From assembly GCA_018239895.1 (NCBI GenBank), contig JAFEGL010000003.1, positions 354,212 through 418,211 on the forward strand: a DNA stretch of 64,000 bases, written 5' to 3'. Positions 43,276-53,659 of the stretch are shown in pieces. How positions within the stretch are numbered: the stretch's first letter is position 1; each line of letters begins with the position of its first letter. The position numbers were made by a program, and so were the translations under genes. The notes below the pieces were generated by a model. The model worked only from the letters and a program-made list of their open reading frames with translations. It did no database searches and was not told where the DNA came from. The stretch is from Verrucomicrobiota bacterium (lineage in GTDB: Bacteria > Chlamydiota > Chlamydiia > Chlamydiales > SM23-39).

Positions 43276-46200
43276 TCAGGTAGGGTTATTTTGTGGGATT
43301 TTGTCCTCTTTTGTATGGAAATAGAGCATCAAAGGCGATGCGATAAACCAAGAGGAAAGGGTTCCAAAAATGACTCCAATCGTCATTACGAAAGCAAAAC
43401 TAAAGATGGATGAGCCGCCGAGAAATACAAGTGCCAGCAGTACGAGAAGAGTAGTGCCCGATGTGATCGTTGTTCTGCTCAACGTGGCGTTGAGGGCGCG
43501 ATTGACCAATGGTCCGAGATCTCTCTGACGGGTTTGATTCATATCTTCTCTAATTCTGTCGAAGATGATGATTGTATCATTTAGTGAATAACCAATGATC
43601 GTCATGATTGCAGCTACAGTATTGAGATCAATTTGCATAGGAATTCCAAATGCGTGAAGCAATCCCATGACTCCAAGCGTGATGCAGACGTCGTGTAGAA
43701 GGCAAAGGCTTGCCGCCGCCGCAAATTTATATTCGAACCGAAAAGCGATATAAATGAAGATAGAGACGAAAGCGATCAGGAGCCCGATCAAGGCATTATT
43801 TCTCATACTGTCTGACATCTGTCCACTCATGGCTGTCCAATTTGTGTGAAGATCTGCGAGAGAGTTATGAGATAGCTTAATTCCTGAAGAACCGAGGGTT
43901 TGAACGACCCATTCGATACGAGGGTTTTTCTCGAACAGGTATTTAGCCTCTTTTAGATCGATTTCAAGTGGCATATTTGCAAAAGGCTTCCCCGGCTGTT
44001 CCAAATTTGTGGAGAAGAGAATTCGGACATGATTCGAGGGAGACAGGGTGCGTATTTGAAATTCTTGTGGAAAAAGGCCTTTCCCAAGGAGAATTTTTTC
44101 GATTTGCGATGAGTAGTTTTCATCGGCAGTTTTTTCCAACTCAAGATTTAGAGCGAATCCGCCAGTAAAGTCCATTCCTAGCATGCTCGATCTCTGTTGA
44201 TATACGAGCGAGCCGCCGATCAAAATAATTGCAGCAGCTGAAATAAAGGAGACTTTAGCCCACTTTAGGAAGTTAAAGTTGGTAGGACGAATCCAGTTCG
44301 CCATAGTCAGTACTTTATTTTTAGGATTCTGAGCCCACTTAGTGAAATAAAAGCGGGTCATGAATAGAGCTGTGAACATGGAAGATGCAATTCCAATGAT
44401 CAAAGTAGTTGCGAAAGCTTTGATAGGTCCTGCATCGAAGTTCAAAAGGATCAAGGCGGCTATGATTGTAGTGACGTTGGAATCTAAAATGGCGCTGAAA
44501 GCTTTTTTATATCCAGCCGCGATAGCCGATCCGATTCGCCCTGTAGTGGACAACTCTTCTTTCATCCTTTCAAAAACAAGTACGTTCGCATCAACGGCCA
44601 TGCCGACAGTCAAAATAAGTCCTGCTATTCCCGCCAATGAAAGGGTAGCCCCCATGTTTTGGAGAGTAGCCCACATAATGAGAATATTGAAGAGGACGGC
44701 AATCGAAGCGATGAGTCCTGCAAAGCGATAATAGCCGACCATTGAGACAATGATTAGAGCCAAGGAGACAAACGTTGCTACAATCCCTTTCAGCCGGTCT
44801 GTCTTTCCTAATTCGGGGCTTACGTTTTTCTCAGACAGGATGTGGGGAGTAAAGGTCAGTGATCCAGCTTTAAGATCGGCAGTAAGCTGATTGGCTTCTC
44901 TTTGTGAAAAACTGCCACTGATCATCGCGCTGTCTTTAAGAGATTCATTAAGTGTCGGCGAGGAGATGATCGTATCGTTGAGAATAACGGCCATGCGCCA
45001 GCCTTGCCCCCTAGAATAGGTCTCGAGAGGGGTTCCGGCTACCTTAGGCTTTGAAAATCGTGAAGTCCAAGCGTAAAGATCTTCGCGTGGATTGATTTTT
45101 TGACCTTCGCGATTCAATGTGGCTCCGCGCACCTCGAAGCTAAGGTAGTTACCGTGGGATGGATCATAGGACGAGTGGACGTTGACGAGATTCGATCCTT
45201 CAAGGGCGAAGTTTTTGAAAACGATCAAGAGGGGATGCGATTGATGGTGCCATTCACTGGTGTCGTTACCGCGGAAAATAGCGATTTTGGACACAGCGTC
45301 ATTAACGATATGACTCATCGATGGATCTTTTGGGGACTGGAGTGAGAGTCCGTGGTCCATTAGGATCCGGGCTGATTCGGAGCGGGGCTGAGGGGTTGTC
45401 GAATCTTCGCCGTAAAGATGTTTCCAGGCAATGGCATTAACACTTTGTGCATCTTTTCGATTGGTTACTTGAGCTTCATTCCAAACTTCCTGCAAAAACC
45501 GATTTGTATGCTCAGAGAGAGTTGGGTTTTGGACCGAAAATTTTTCATTTACGATATGAAAGTACATTGTCGAGGCGCGAACGAGGTCGGAGGCTGAGAG
45601 AGCTTGCGAGCCAGGAAAGTCGAGCACGATTTGATTGCCTAGCTGACGAATCGAAACCTCGGAAACGCCCATCTTGTTGACGCGGTTGAAAAGTTCGTTG
45701 ATCCCTTGTTTGAGATCAGCCTCATTTTTCACGGCGATGTTATTTGAATCGCGCAGCTCGATTTGAACCGTTTTCCCGCCAGAAAGATCGAGTCCCCAAC
45801 GGATGATCTTTCTCTCGTCGCCGCGCAACATTTTGCGCACAGTGAGCCCGATATTGCTCCAGAAAACGCTACGTGTTGGTTCTGGGACGTCATAGGCGAG
45901 GGCTGGATCTAAGCTGACTAAGGCTGAACGGTGCTCATCTTTCCATTTCAGAAGATCTTCATGGATTTGAGTATCGATCTTATTTTGAGCGAGAATTCTC
46001 TGTTCTACAGATCCAAGTTCGAGGAAGGCATATTTGGATGTGCCCTTTACGTAAAAGTCTTCTCGCGTTGCAGCTAAAGTATTGGCGAAAAAGTCGTGCT
46101 GTTCGAAGACGATATCGCTAGCCAGATCTTCGATTTGGGGAAAAGCAGCTCCATGGTAGGCGGCAAATCCGTTTTGTCGAAGCAACATTTGAAGCGATTG

Positions 46201-47688
46201 GAGATCAGCTCGAAAAGTTTTTGCCAGCTCTGAATCGGGAAACTGTTCGTAGTTTTGTCCAATTCGGGTTAGCCCTTTTGCCAGAAAATATATAGAGCTG
46301 TTTTTGATGCCGGTCGACTTAATATTTGAGGAGGCGGCTGGAGCAAAGGCGACCAAACAAAGGGCCTTTTGTTCAGGCGAAAGGTGTTGATAAGTGGAAA
46401 AATCGACGATCGGAAAGTTTTCTGCGGAAAGGTCTGGATGTTTCGGACGCCATCGATTTTTAACAGCTATCAGGAGTTGCTCAGCTGTTTTTTGAGCTGT
46501 CTCGTTTAATTTCATTACGAGAAGCGATTTTGTATCTGTCATTTCATGGAAAGAAATTGTGTAGCCAGATTCTTCCGATACAAAGGTTTCATTTGATAGA
46601 CGGGTCAATTTAGCAACTTCATTGATTAAAAGTTGCTCAATCCGTTCATTTTTTTGCTTCGCTCTGATCTTGGCTACATCAGAGTGCAGTTTAAGCCGAA
46701 TTTGTTGTTTTTCCCAATCAATAGAAACTTGGGAGAAATAGGGGTTGCGTGAACCAATCTCTAGAGTTGACGTGGATTGGAGAAATGTTACGGTTTCCTG
46801 GGAGGTCCAAGGCGTTTGGCCTGCTTCAAAAAGTGTTGGATGCTTTTTTAAAATTTTGGCAGCTGATGCGAGGACTGCCTCTCTTTTTTCTAGGAGCGGG
46901 CGATCTTCTTCGGACGCTTGTGCTTTGAGTTGCTTGAGATTGTCACGAGCATGGTCAAAAGAGGAAAGAATGGTTTGAATCGCTTTGGATTTCTCTTTTA
47001 ATTCAGCTTGGAGAAATGAGGCAGCAGTTCGGATATAAAGAGGACTTCCTTCAGGAAGTTCATTGAGGGCATTGATTTGGTCCGCGAGTGAATGGATCCA
47101 TTCTGGTGGGATGGCGGCTGGACCATTCTTTTCGATCAAGGAAAGAATCGATGCTGGTTCGCTAGGCCCTGCAAGAGATGCTGCCACTTGGGCTGCTCGG
47201 TCGATGAAAAGGTCTTTATATAAAGGAGAACCGGCCGTTGCGAAATCAAATAGAGCTTCGTCCAAGTGGATCGGAATTTTGCGTTGAACCAAAACATTTT
47301 TGAGGTCTTCAGAATTGTTCTGGGGAACCAGGGAGAGTTGAGCTGGCGCGAAAGGGATGAGAGACCCGGCGCGCGGCAAATGGGCCCTGAACTTCGCAGC
47401 GTCTTCTGTTTTCGAGAAGCGGACAGAAAGTAATTGGGTGTTCTCAAACGAGATCGCAGCCGGTTTTACATGGATCAGTTTGCAAAATGAATTGAGCCAG
47501 TCTAAGGCAGCAGGCTCTAGATCGTTAACCCGGCTAACGATATTGGCGCCGATCTCTTTTGCTCGTGTGGAAGAGATGGGCTCGTTGAGCGGTTTTGTGT
47601 AGTAAAAAACTGTTGGAAGAATGTTATAGATCGTCAGGGCGATCACAGTCAGAATGAGGAATAGGTGCCACTTTTTTTGCTTTTCCAT
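43276..47688 (-). CDS. secDF: Fused protein-export membrane protein SecDF
   Basis: 1470 aa. Very long periplasmic region, then SecD and SecF TM bundles. Fusion and size are typical of Chlamydiae. Confidence 0.95.
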   Translation of the reverse strand: MEKQKKWHLFLILTVIALTIYNILPTVFYYTKPLNEPISSTRAKEIGANIVSRVNDLEPAALDWLNSFCKLIHVKPAAISFENTQLLSVRFSKTEDAAKFRAHLPRAGSLIPFAPAQLSLVPQNNSEDLKNVLVQRKIPIHLDEALFDFATAGSPLYKDLFIDRAAQVAASLAGPSEPASILSLIEKNGPAAIPPEWIHSLADQINALNELPEGSPLYIRTAASFLQAELKEKSKAIQTILSSFDHARDNLKQLKAQASEEDRPLLEKREAVLASAAKILKKHPTLFEAGQTPWTSQETVTFLQSTSTLEIGSRNPYFSQVSIDWEKQQIRLKLHSDVAKIRAKQKNERIEQLLINEVAKLTRLSNETFVSEESGYTISFHEMTDTKSLLVMKLNETAQKTAEQLLIAVKNRWRPKHPDLSAENFPIVDFSTYQHLSPEQKALCLVAFAPAASSNIKSTGIKNSSIYFLAKGLTRIGQNYEQFPDSELAKTFRADLQSLQMLLRQNGFAAYHGAAFPQIEDLASDIVFEQHDFFANTLAATREDFYVKGTSKYAFLELGSVEQRILAQNKIDTQIHEDLLKWKDEHRSALVSLDPALAYDVPEPTRSVFWSNIGLTVRKMLRGDERKIIRWGLDLSGGKTVQIELRDSNNIAVKNEADLKQGINELFNRVNKMGVSEVSIRQLGNQIVLDFPGSQALSASDLVRASTMYFHIVNEKFSVQNPTLSEHTNRFLQEVWNEAQVTNRKDAQSVNAIAWKHLYGEDSTTPQPRSESARILMDHGLSLQSPKDPSMSHIVNDAVSKIAIFRGNDTSEWHHQSHPLLIVFKNFALEGSNLVNVHSSYDPSHGNYLSFEVRGATLNREGQKINPREDLYAWTSRFSKPKVAGTPLETYSRGQGWRMAVILNDTIISSPTLNESLKDSAMISGSFSQREANQLTADLKAGSLTFTPHILSEKNVSPELGKTDRLKGIVATFVSLALIIVSMVGYYRFAGLIASIAVLFNILIMWATLQNMGATLSLAGIAGLILTVGMAVDANVLVFERMKEELSTTGRIGSAIAAGYKKAFSAILDSNVTTIIAALILLNFDAGPIKAFATTLIIGIASSMFTALFMTRFYFTKWAQNPKNKVLTMANWIRPTNFNFLKWAKVSFISAAAIILIGGSLVYQQRSSMLGMDFTGGFALNLELEKTADENYSSQIEKILLGKGLFPQEFQIRTLSPSNHVRILFSTNLEQPGKPFANMPLEIDLKEAKYLFEKNPRIEWVVQTLGSSGIKLSHNSLADLHTNWTAMSGQMSDSMRNNALIGLLIAFVSIFIYIAFRFEYKFAAAASLCLLHDVCITLGVMGLLHAFGIPMQIDLNTVAAIMTIIGYSLNDTIIIFDRIREDMNQTRQRDLGPLVNRALNATLSRTTITSGTTLLVLLALVFLGGSSIFSFAFVMTIGVIFGTLSSWFIASPLMLYFHTKEDKIPQNNPT

Positions 47689-47852
47689 TGCGACCTTGAA
47701 TGTCTATAAACTGGAGAAGGATACTGCACAAATCGGATCTTGTCTATGTTAAAGTACACATAGAAAAAGTTTATTTTACCGTTTCTCTTCTAAAAAAAGT
47801 TCCTGCGATATCCCTTCTTCAGCTATGATTGATCGGAAAGTTTCAGGATTAG

Positions 47853-49151
<1,299 letters not shown>

Positions 49152-49163
49152 GAAAATTGAAAT

Positions 49164-49937
49164 ATGATAGTCCCTTCCCTGGCCGAAGCTGAATCAAAGC
49201 AAATTTTCACTCCAAACGAACTTGCCTTATTGAAAGTGGATAAAATCCCCAAACATATTGCGATCATCATGGATGGGAATCGCCGGTGGGCGAAAATGCG
49301 AGGCCTTTCTCCTGCAAAAGGGCATTGGGAGGGAGCTGAAGTTTTAACCGAGATTGTGCGAGCCGCTTCAGAAATCGGGATCAAAACAGTCACCGTATAC
49401 GCGTTTTCAACTGAAAATTGGCGGAGGTCTGACGGGGAAATAGAAGGACTTATGAACCTTTTTCAACTTTATTTGTTGAAGAAAAGGGAAATGATGATCC
49501 GTGAAGGTATTTGCCTTAGCGCCATCGGAAATTTAGATAAACTTCCTAAAAAGGTCCTCGATACATACAGAGAAACGCACAAAGCGACACAACATTGTCA
49601 TAAAATTAATCTTGTTTTGGCAATGAATTATGGGAGCCGAGATGAAATTCGGCGCGCTGTCGTTAAAATTTTAAGTGAACACGAGAAGACTAAATTCGAT
49701 CCAGAATCTTTGACTGAACAAGCAATCTCTCAATATCTCGATACTTCACCTTGGGGCGACCCTGATCTTTTAATCCGCACGTCGGGAGAATTGAGGGTAA
49801 GCAATTTTCTTTTGTGGCAGATTTCTTATGCTGAAATATATATTACCGATGTGATGTGGCCTGAATTTTCTCCGAAGGAGCTGTTGGAAGCTGTCCTAGC
49901 TTATCAAGGCCGCAATCGTCGTTTGGGGGTCCAATGA
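49164..49937 (+). CDS. uppS: Undecaprenyl diphosphate synthase
   Basis: HIAIIMDGNRRWA, FSTENWRR, RTSGELRVSNFLLWQ. Confidence 0.95.
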   Translation: MIVPSLAEAESKQIFTPNELALLKVDKIPKHIAIIMDGNRRWAKMRGLSPAKGHWEGAEVLTEIVRAASEIGIKTVTVYAFSTENWRRSDGEIEGLMNLFQLYLLKKREMMIREGICLSAIGNLDKLPKKVLDTYRETHKATQHCHKINLVLAMNYGSRDEIRRAVVKILSEHEKTKFDPESLTEQAISQYLDTSPWGDPDLLIRTSGELRVSNFLLWQISYAEIYITDVMWPEFSPKELLEAVLAYQGRNRRLGVQ

Positions 49938-50788
49938 AAGATTTAAGACGTAGGCTGCCGGTTTCCATCGCCTCAATTGGAGTCGTCATCCTTTTGCTCG
50001 TTTTTTCCTACCATGTGTGGCTGCAGTACGCTGTTGTTTTAGCTGTTGCGGCGATAGGAGCCATCGCAATTTGGGAGTATGAGCAATTTGCGAAGGCGAA
50101 GGGGGGGCAGATGATTTTTCCAGCCCTTCTAGCGATAACTGTGATCGAAACCGCCGCTTTTTATGCTGCAGCTAGGATGCCTGCTCTCCATTGTTTGCCC
50201 ATCATTATCTTCTTCATCGGATTTTTGATTTTGTTCGCCCTCCATTTCAGGCAAAACGATGGTGCGGTCGTAGATCTTGCGGTCTCCTCTTTTGGCTTGC
50301 TCTACATAGCAGTTCCGATGGGGATGATTTTGGGGATTCTCTATTTTCACTTTTTCCAAGGAGATCAAGATGGACGTTGGTGGGTCGTCTATTTGCTGGC
50401 AGTCACCAAAATAACCGATATCGGAGCCTATTTTGCTGGAAATCTATGGGGGCGTAGAAAGCTAGCCCCAACAATTAGCCCTGGCAAGACCGTAGAGGGG
50501 GCCATATTTGGTCTAATCTGCGCCATGTTAGCCAGTTATGCTCTTCATTGGCTCAGTTTATATGCAAATATTGGCTTCCGTTTAGGTGCATTTGAGGCGT
50601 TGGCTTTAGGGTTTGTTTTAGGATCGATTGGGCAATTTGGAGATTTATCTGAATCTCTTCTCAAAAGAGATGCGAATAAAAAGGATAGCAATGCCCTACC
50701 AGGGTTGGGAGGGATCCTAGATTCCGTTGACTCTCTACTTTTCAATGCTCCGATTATCTATCTCTATCTTACCTATGTGCGGCCATGA
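49934..50788 (+). CDS. cdsA: Phosphatidate cytidylyltransferase
   Basis: 284 aa, multi-TM. Signature region SLLKRDANKKDSNALPGLGGILDSVDSL. 4-nt overlaps with uppS and cmk. Confidence 0.9.
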   Translation: MKDLRRRLPVSIASIGVVILLLVFSYHVWLQYAVVLAVAAIGAIAIWEYEQFAKAKGGQMIFPALLAITVIETAAFYAAARMPALHCLPIIIFFIGFLILFALHFRQNDGAVVDLAVSSFGLLYIAVPMGMILGILYFHFFQGDQDGRWWVVYLLAVTKITDIGAYFAGNLWGRRKLAPTISPGKTVEGAIFGLICAMLASYALHWLSLYANIGFRLGAFEALALGFVLGSIGQFGDLSESLLKRDANKKDSNALPGLGGILDSVDSLLFNAPIIYLYLTYVRP

Positions 50789-52119
50789 TCATTACTATAG
50801 ACGGACCTTCAGGAACAGGGAAATCGACAGTTGCAAAGGGGGTAGCCCGCCGTTTGAATTTCACTTTTTTCGATACGGGCGCCATGTACCGGGCTATGGC
50901 TTGGTTTTTGCTGGAAAGGAAAGTCTCTCCCGATGAGCACAACAGGGTTTGCTCGCTCCTCTCAGAATTTGACTTCAAAATCAAAACGGAGTCCCAAGGT
51001 GGAAGGCGTTATTTCGTGAATGGTACAGAAGTTACTGATGTTATCCGGACACAGCAAATTTCAACATTGGCTTCTCAGGTTGCAGTTATTTCTGAAGTAA
51101 GAAAAGCGATGGTCAAGATCCAAAGAGATTTCGGCCGCTCTTCTGATGCTGTATTCGAAGGTCGCGATATGGGAACTGTTGTTTTTCCCGATGCAGATCT
51201 AAAGATTTTTTTGACAGCGAAACCTGAAGTTAGAGCGGAGAGGCGCTATCGAGAGCTATTGGGTAAATTTCCCGATTTGGCCGAATCTTTTAGTTTGGAG
51301 CAAATTCATAAAGATATTGTCGAAAGAGATCACAATGACTCTACGCGAGCTATATCACCTTTGAAGCAAGCTCAAGATGCAATTCTCATCGATACCTCGA
51401 ACCTTTCTGCTGATCAAGTCATTGAGAAAATCGTCGAACTTCAGAGAAAAAGAGCAAAGCATCGGAAGTATCCCCGAATGAAATTTGCCTATTGGATCGT
51501 GCTAAGTGCAGCTCGCTGGTTCTTTAAATTGTTCTTTCGTCTGAAAATATATGGGACCGAACACTTTCGCCCTGGAGCTGGAATCATTGCAGCAAATCAC
51601 GCCTCTTTTTACGATCCTGAAGTCGTGTCAATTTCTTGCCCGGAAGAGGTCCATTTTCTAGCAAAAGAATCTCTTTTCAAAATTCCTCTTTTTGGGAGAT
51701 TCATCCGAACTTTGAATGCTCATCCTGTGTCGCGAGATGCTTCTGATGCTGCGACGTTCCGTCTTATCATTCAACTTCTTCAACATGGTAAAAAAGTGAT
51801 CCTTTTTCCTGAAGGGCGGCGCTCGCCTGATGGAGAGATCCATGAGCTCGAAAAGGGGCTTCCTTTTCTTGTTCAAAAAGCAAAATGCAAAATTTTCCCC
51901 GTCTATGTAGCGGGAACATTTGAGGCTTGGCCCATTAATCGATCGCTTCCTAAAATTTGGGGTAGAATCAGTTGCGTTTTTGGAACACCGATTGAATGGG
52001 AATCATTTGAGGGCTTGGATAAAAAAGAGGCTATGGCAAAAATCAATGAGCGGACTGAGCGCTCTCTTAGAGCTCTGAAGTCTTGGTTCGAGGCGGGAGC
52101 GAAAGGGACTCCTCCCTGA
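50785..52119 (+). CDS. cmk: Bifunctional fusion: cytidylate kinase + 1-acyl-sn-glycerol-3-phosphate acyltransferase
   Basis: 444 aa, single ORF. N-terminal P-loop IDGPSGTGKST (Cmk). From about aa 225, PlsC motifs ANHASFYDP (NHxxxxD) and FPEGRRS. Confidence 0.85.
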   Translation: MIITIDGPSGTGKSTVAKGVARRLNFTFFDTGAMYRAMAWFLLERKVSPDEHNRVCSLLSEFDFKIKTESQGGRRYFVNGTEVTDVIRTQQISTLASQVAVISEVRKAMVKIQRDFGRSSDAVFEGRDMGTVVFPDADLKIFLTAKPEVRAERRYRELLGKFPDLAESFSLEQIHKDIVERDHNDSTRAISPLKQAQDAILIDTSNLSADQVIEKIVELQRKRAKHRKYPRMKFAYWIVLSAARWFFKLFFRLKIYGTEHFRPGAGIIAANHASFYDPEVVSISCPEEVHFLAKESLFKIPLFGRFIRTLNAHPVSRDASDAATFRLIIQLLQHGKKVILFPEGRRSPDGEIHELEKGLPFLVQKAKCKIFPVYVAGTFEAWPINRSLPKIWGRISCVFGTPIEWESFEGLDKKEAMAKINERTERSLRALKSWFEAGAKGTPP

Positions 52120-53422
52120 GTTTTACAGGGAGCTGAGAAGCCAAAAGGCCAGCGGTTAAAAAGGAGAGGAGTTTTCCTTCTTGAGAGAAGAGGGGATAAA
52201 AATCGCAGCCTCCAATGAATAAAATGGCGAAGAACATCGCAAGAAGAGAGCCATTCATGGGTGTGGGCGGTAGCCCTGCTCCGCGAATCAAAAGATAAGA
52301 GACAAATCCCAAAAACAATCCGAGTGAAATTAGCCCTGTCTCCACTGCAAGAAAAAGGTAGATATTGTGTGTGAAAGGGGTTTCCTTTGGATACTGTTTG
52401 TAACCTACCCCTGTCCAAGGATGTTTTGCGATTAGCTGTAGAGCTGTTTTTTGGAAAGCAATACGTTCAGAATCTGAATTTTTAGCCACGCTGTTGTAAT
52501 TGACGATCCCGCCTCTCTGTCTATATTGCTCTTGAAGTAGTATCCCATTTAAAGCAATCGACGCCAAGATCATTAAGGCAAGGGGGCGCCATTTTTGTAG
52601 TTTTGCCTTCTTGACTAGGACAAACCCGAAAAAAAGGAGGCTTCCCAAGATCCAAGCGAAAAGAGCCGAGCGGGAAAAGCTTACGCTCAGTGCAAAGAGT
52701 TGGAAAGGAAAAGATAAACAGAGGAGTCGGCGAGGCCATTTTTTTTCTGTCAGGATGAGACAGTAGGAGGCGAGAAGAGAGAGGGCGAGAAATCCTCCAA
52801 GGGCGTTTGGATGATTCATGGTGCCGTGGACTCGATAGATGGAGTCTTCTTTAGAAGAGTTTCCAAAAATATGGTCAATAAGCCACAGATTTCCATCTAT
52901 GCAGGGGATCTTTGGGCTGTAAGGATAGGCTGATCCGAATTTTGGCTCTCTTAACAAGCGTATTCCTAAGGAGCCTTGATGAAAATATTGAGCGATGGCA
53001 ATCGCCGTTTGAAGCAGCGCTGCTGCAACGAGGGTCCACAAGATCACCCGGAGAACTTTTTCTTTTTGGTCTTCTGGAACTGCATTTGCCAGGAAAAAAA
53101 AGAGAATAAACGGAGTTGAAAGTTGCCAGAGACGCAAGTAGCGGATCGGATCATGCGCTAGGGGAGAGGCAACTATAGAAATTAGGGCGCAAGCGAAAAT
53201 GCCGCAAAGAAAGAACGATCCTCGATTGAAAAAATCCCTCTTTCTCAGTCCCAGATAGAGGAGGAGGAGGGCGATGACGTCGCTGGCATAAAAATAGATC
53301 TGTTTATAAAAGCCTTCGGGAAGAAATGTAAACGGACGGAGGCATTTATCGTATCTGTGTTCGATTGGTAGGATGAAAGCAATTACAACGAGGAGAATTA
53401 AGGAAACTTTAAATGTCCGCAT
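52067..53422 (-). CDS. O-antigen ligase / Wzy_C-family membrane protein
   Basis: 451 aa, more than 10 TM. HGTMNHPNALGGFLA and SFSRSALFAW blocks. The 3' end overlaps the convergent cmk-plsC by 53 nt. Confidence 0.75.
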   Translation of the reverse strand: MRTFKVSLILLVVIAFILPIEHRYDKCLRPFTFLPEGFYKQIYFYASDVIALLLLYLGLRKRDFFNRGSFFLCGIFACALISIVASPLAHDPIRYLRLWQLSTPFILFFFLANAVPEDQKEKVLRVILWTLVAAALLQTAIAIAQYFHQGSLGIRLLREPKFGSAYPYSPKIPCIDGNLWLIDHIFGNSSKEDSIYRVHGTMNHPNALGGFLALSLLASYCLILTEKKWPRRLLCLSFPFQLFALSVSFSRSALFAWILGSLLFFGFVLVKKAKLQKWRPLALMILASIALNGILLQEQYRQRGGIVNYNSVAKNSDSERIAFQKTALQLIAKHPWTGVGYKQYPKETPFTHNIYLFLAVETGLISLGLFLGFVSYLLIRGAGLPPTPMNGSLLAMFFAILFIGGCDFYPLFSQEGKLLSFLTAGLLASQLPVKLREESLSLPPRTKTSEL

Positions 53423-53467
53423 ACGAAAAGCATAGGGATCTCATGCGCAAGAGTCAAATATGAATAT

Positions 53468-53551
53468 TGCGGCCAAGATGAGTCGAACATCCACCGAGTT
53501 GCCTCGACTAGAACCTGAATCTAGCGCGTCTGCCAATTCCGCCATGGCCGC
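53468..53551 (-). tRNA. tRNA-Leu (anticodon CAG)
   Basis: Folded by hand. Acceptor GCGGCCA/TGGCCGC, D stem GCG/CGC, anticodon stem CTAGA/TCTAG with loop TTCAGGT, variable arm CGAG-GCAA-CTCG, T arm GGATG-TTCGACT-CATCT, discriminator A. Track ORF 53460..53651 is an overprint. Confidence 0.9.
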
Positions 53552-53574
53552 ATATTTTAAAAGAGAAAGGAGCA

Positions 53575-53603
53575 AGTATAAGGGACAGGGGCTTGAGCTT
53601 CAA
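53575..53603 (-). promoter_or_regulatory. Sigma70-like promoter TTGAAG-17-TATACT for tRNA-Leu
   Basis: Read on the minus strand. The -10 ends 23 nt upstream of the mature tRNA 5' end. Confidence 0.4.
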
Positions 53604-53623
53604 GTTGAATTTTTTTTTAGATT

Positions 53624-53649
53624 AAAACCTGGACTTGCATCCAGGTTTT
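53624..53649 (-). terminator. Bidirectional-looking intrinsic terminator after the GT2-TPR gene
   Basis: Perfect stem AAAACCTGGA/TCCAGGTTTT, loop CTTGCA, with a T-run on one side and an A-run on the other. Lies 11 nt downstream of the stop at 53660. Confidence 0.7.
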
Positions 53650-53659
53650 AAAAAAAAAT

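Noticed and set aside
53460-53651. 63-aa ORF in the waaL-like/GT2 spacer
   Set aside because: It overlaps tRNA-Leu(CAG), that tRNA's promoter, and the terminator hairpin, so it is not coding.
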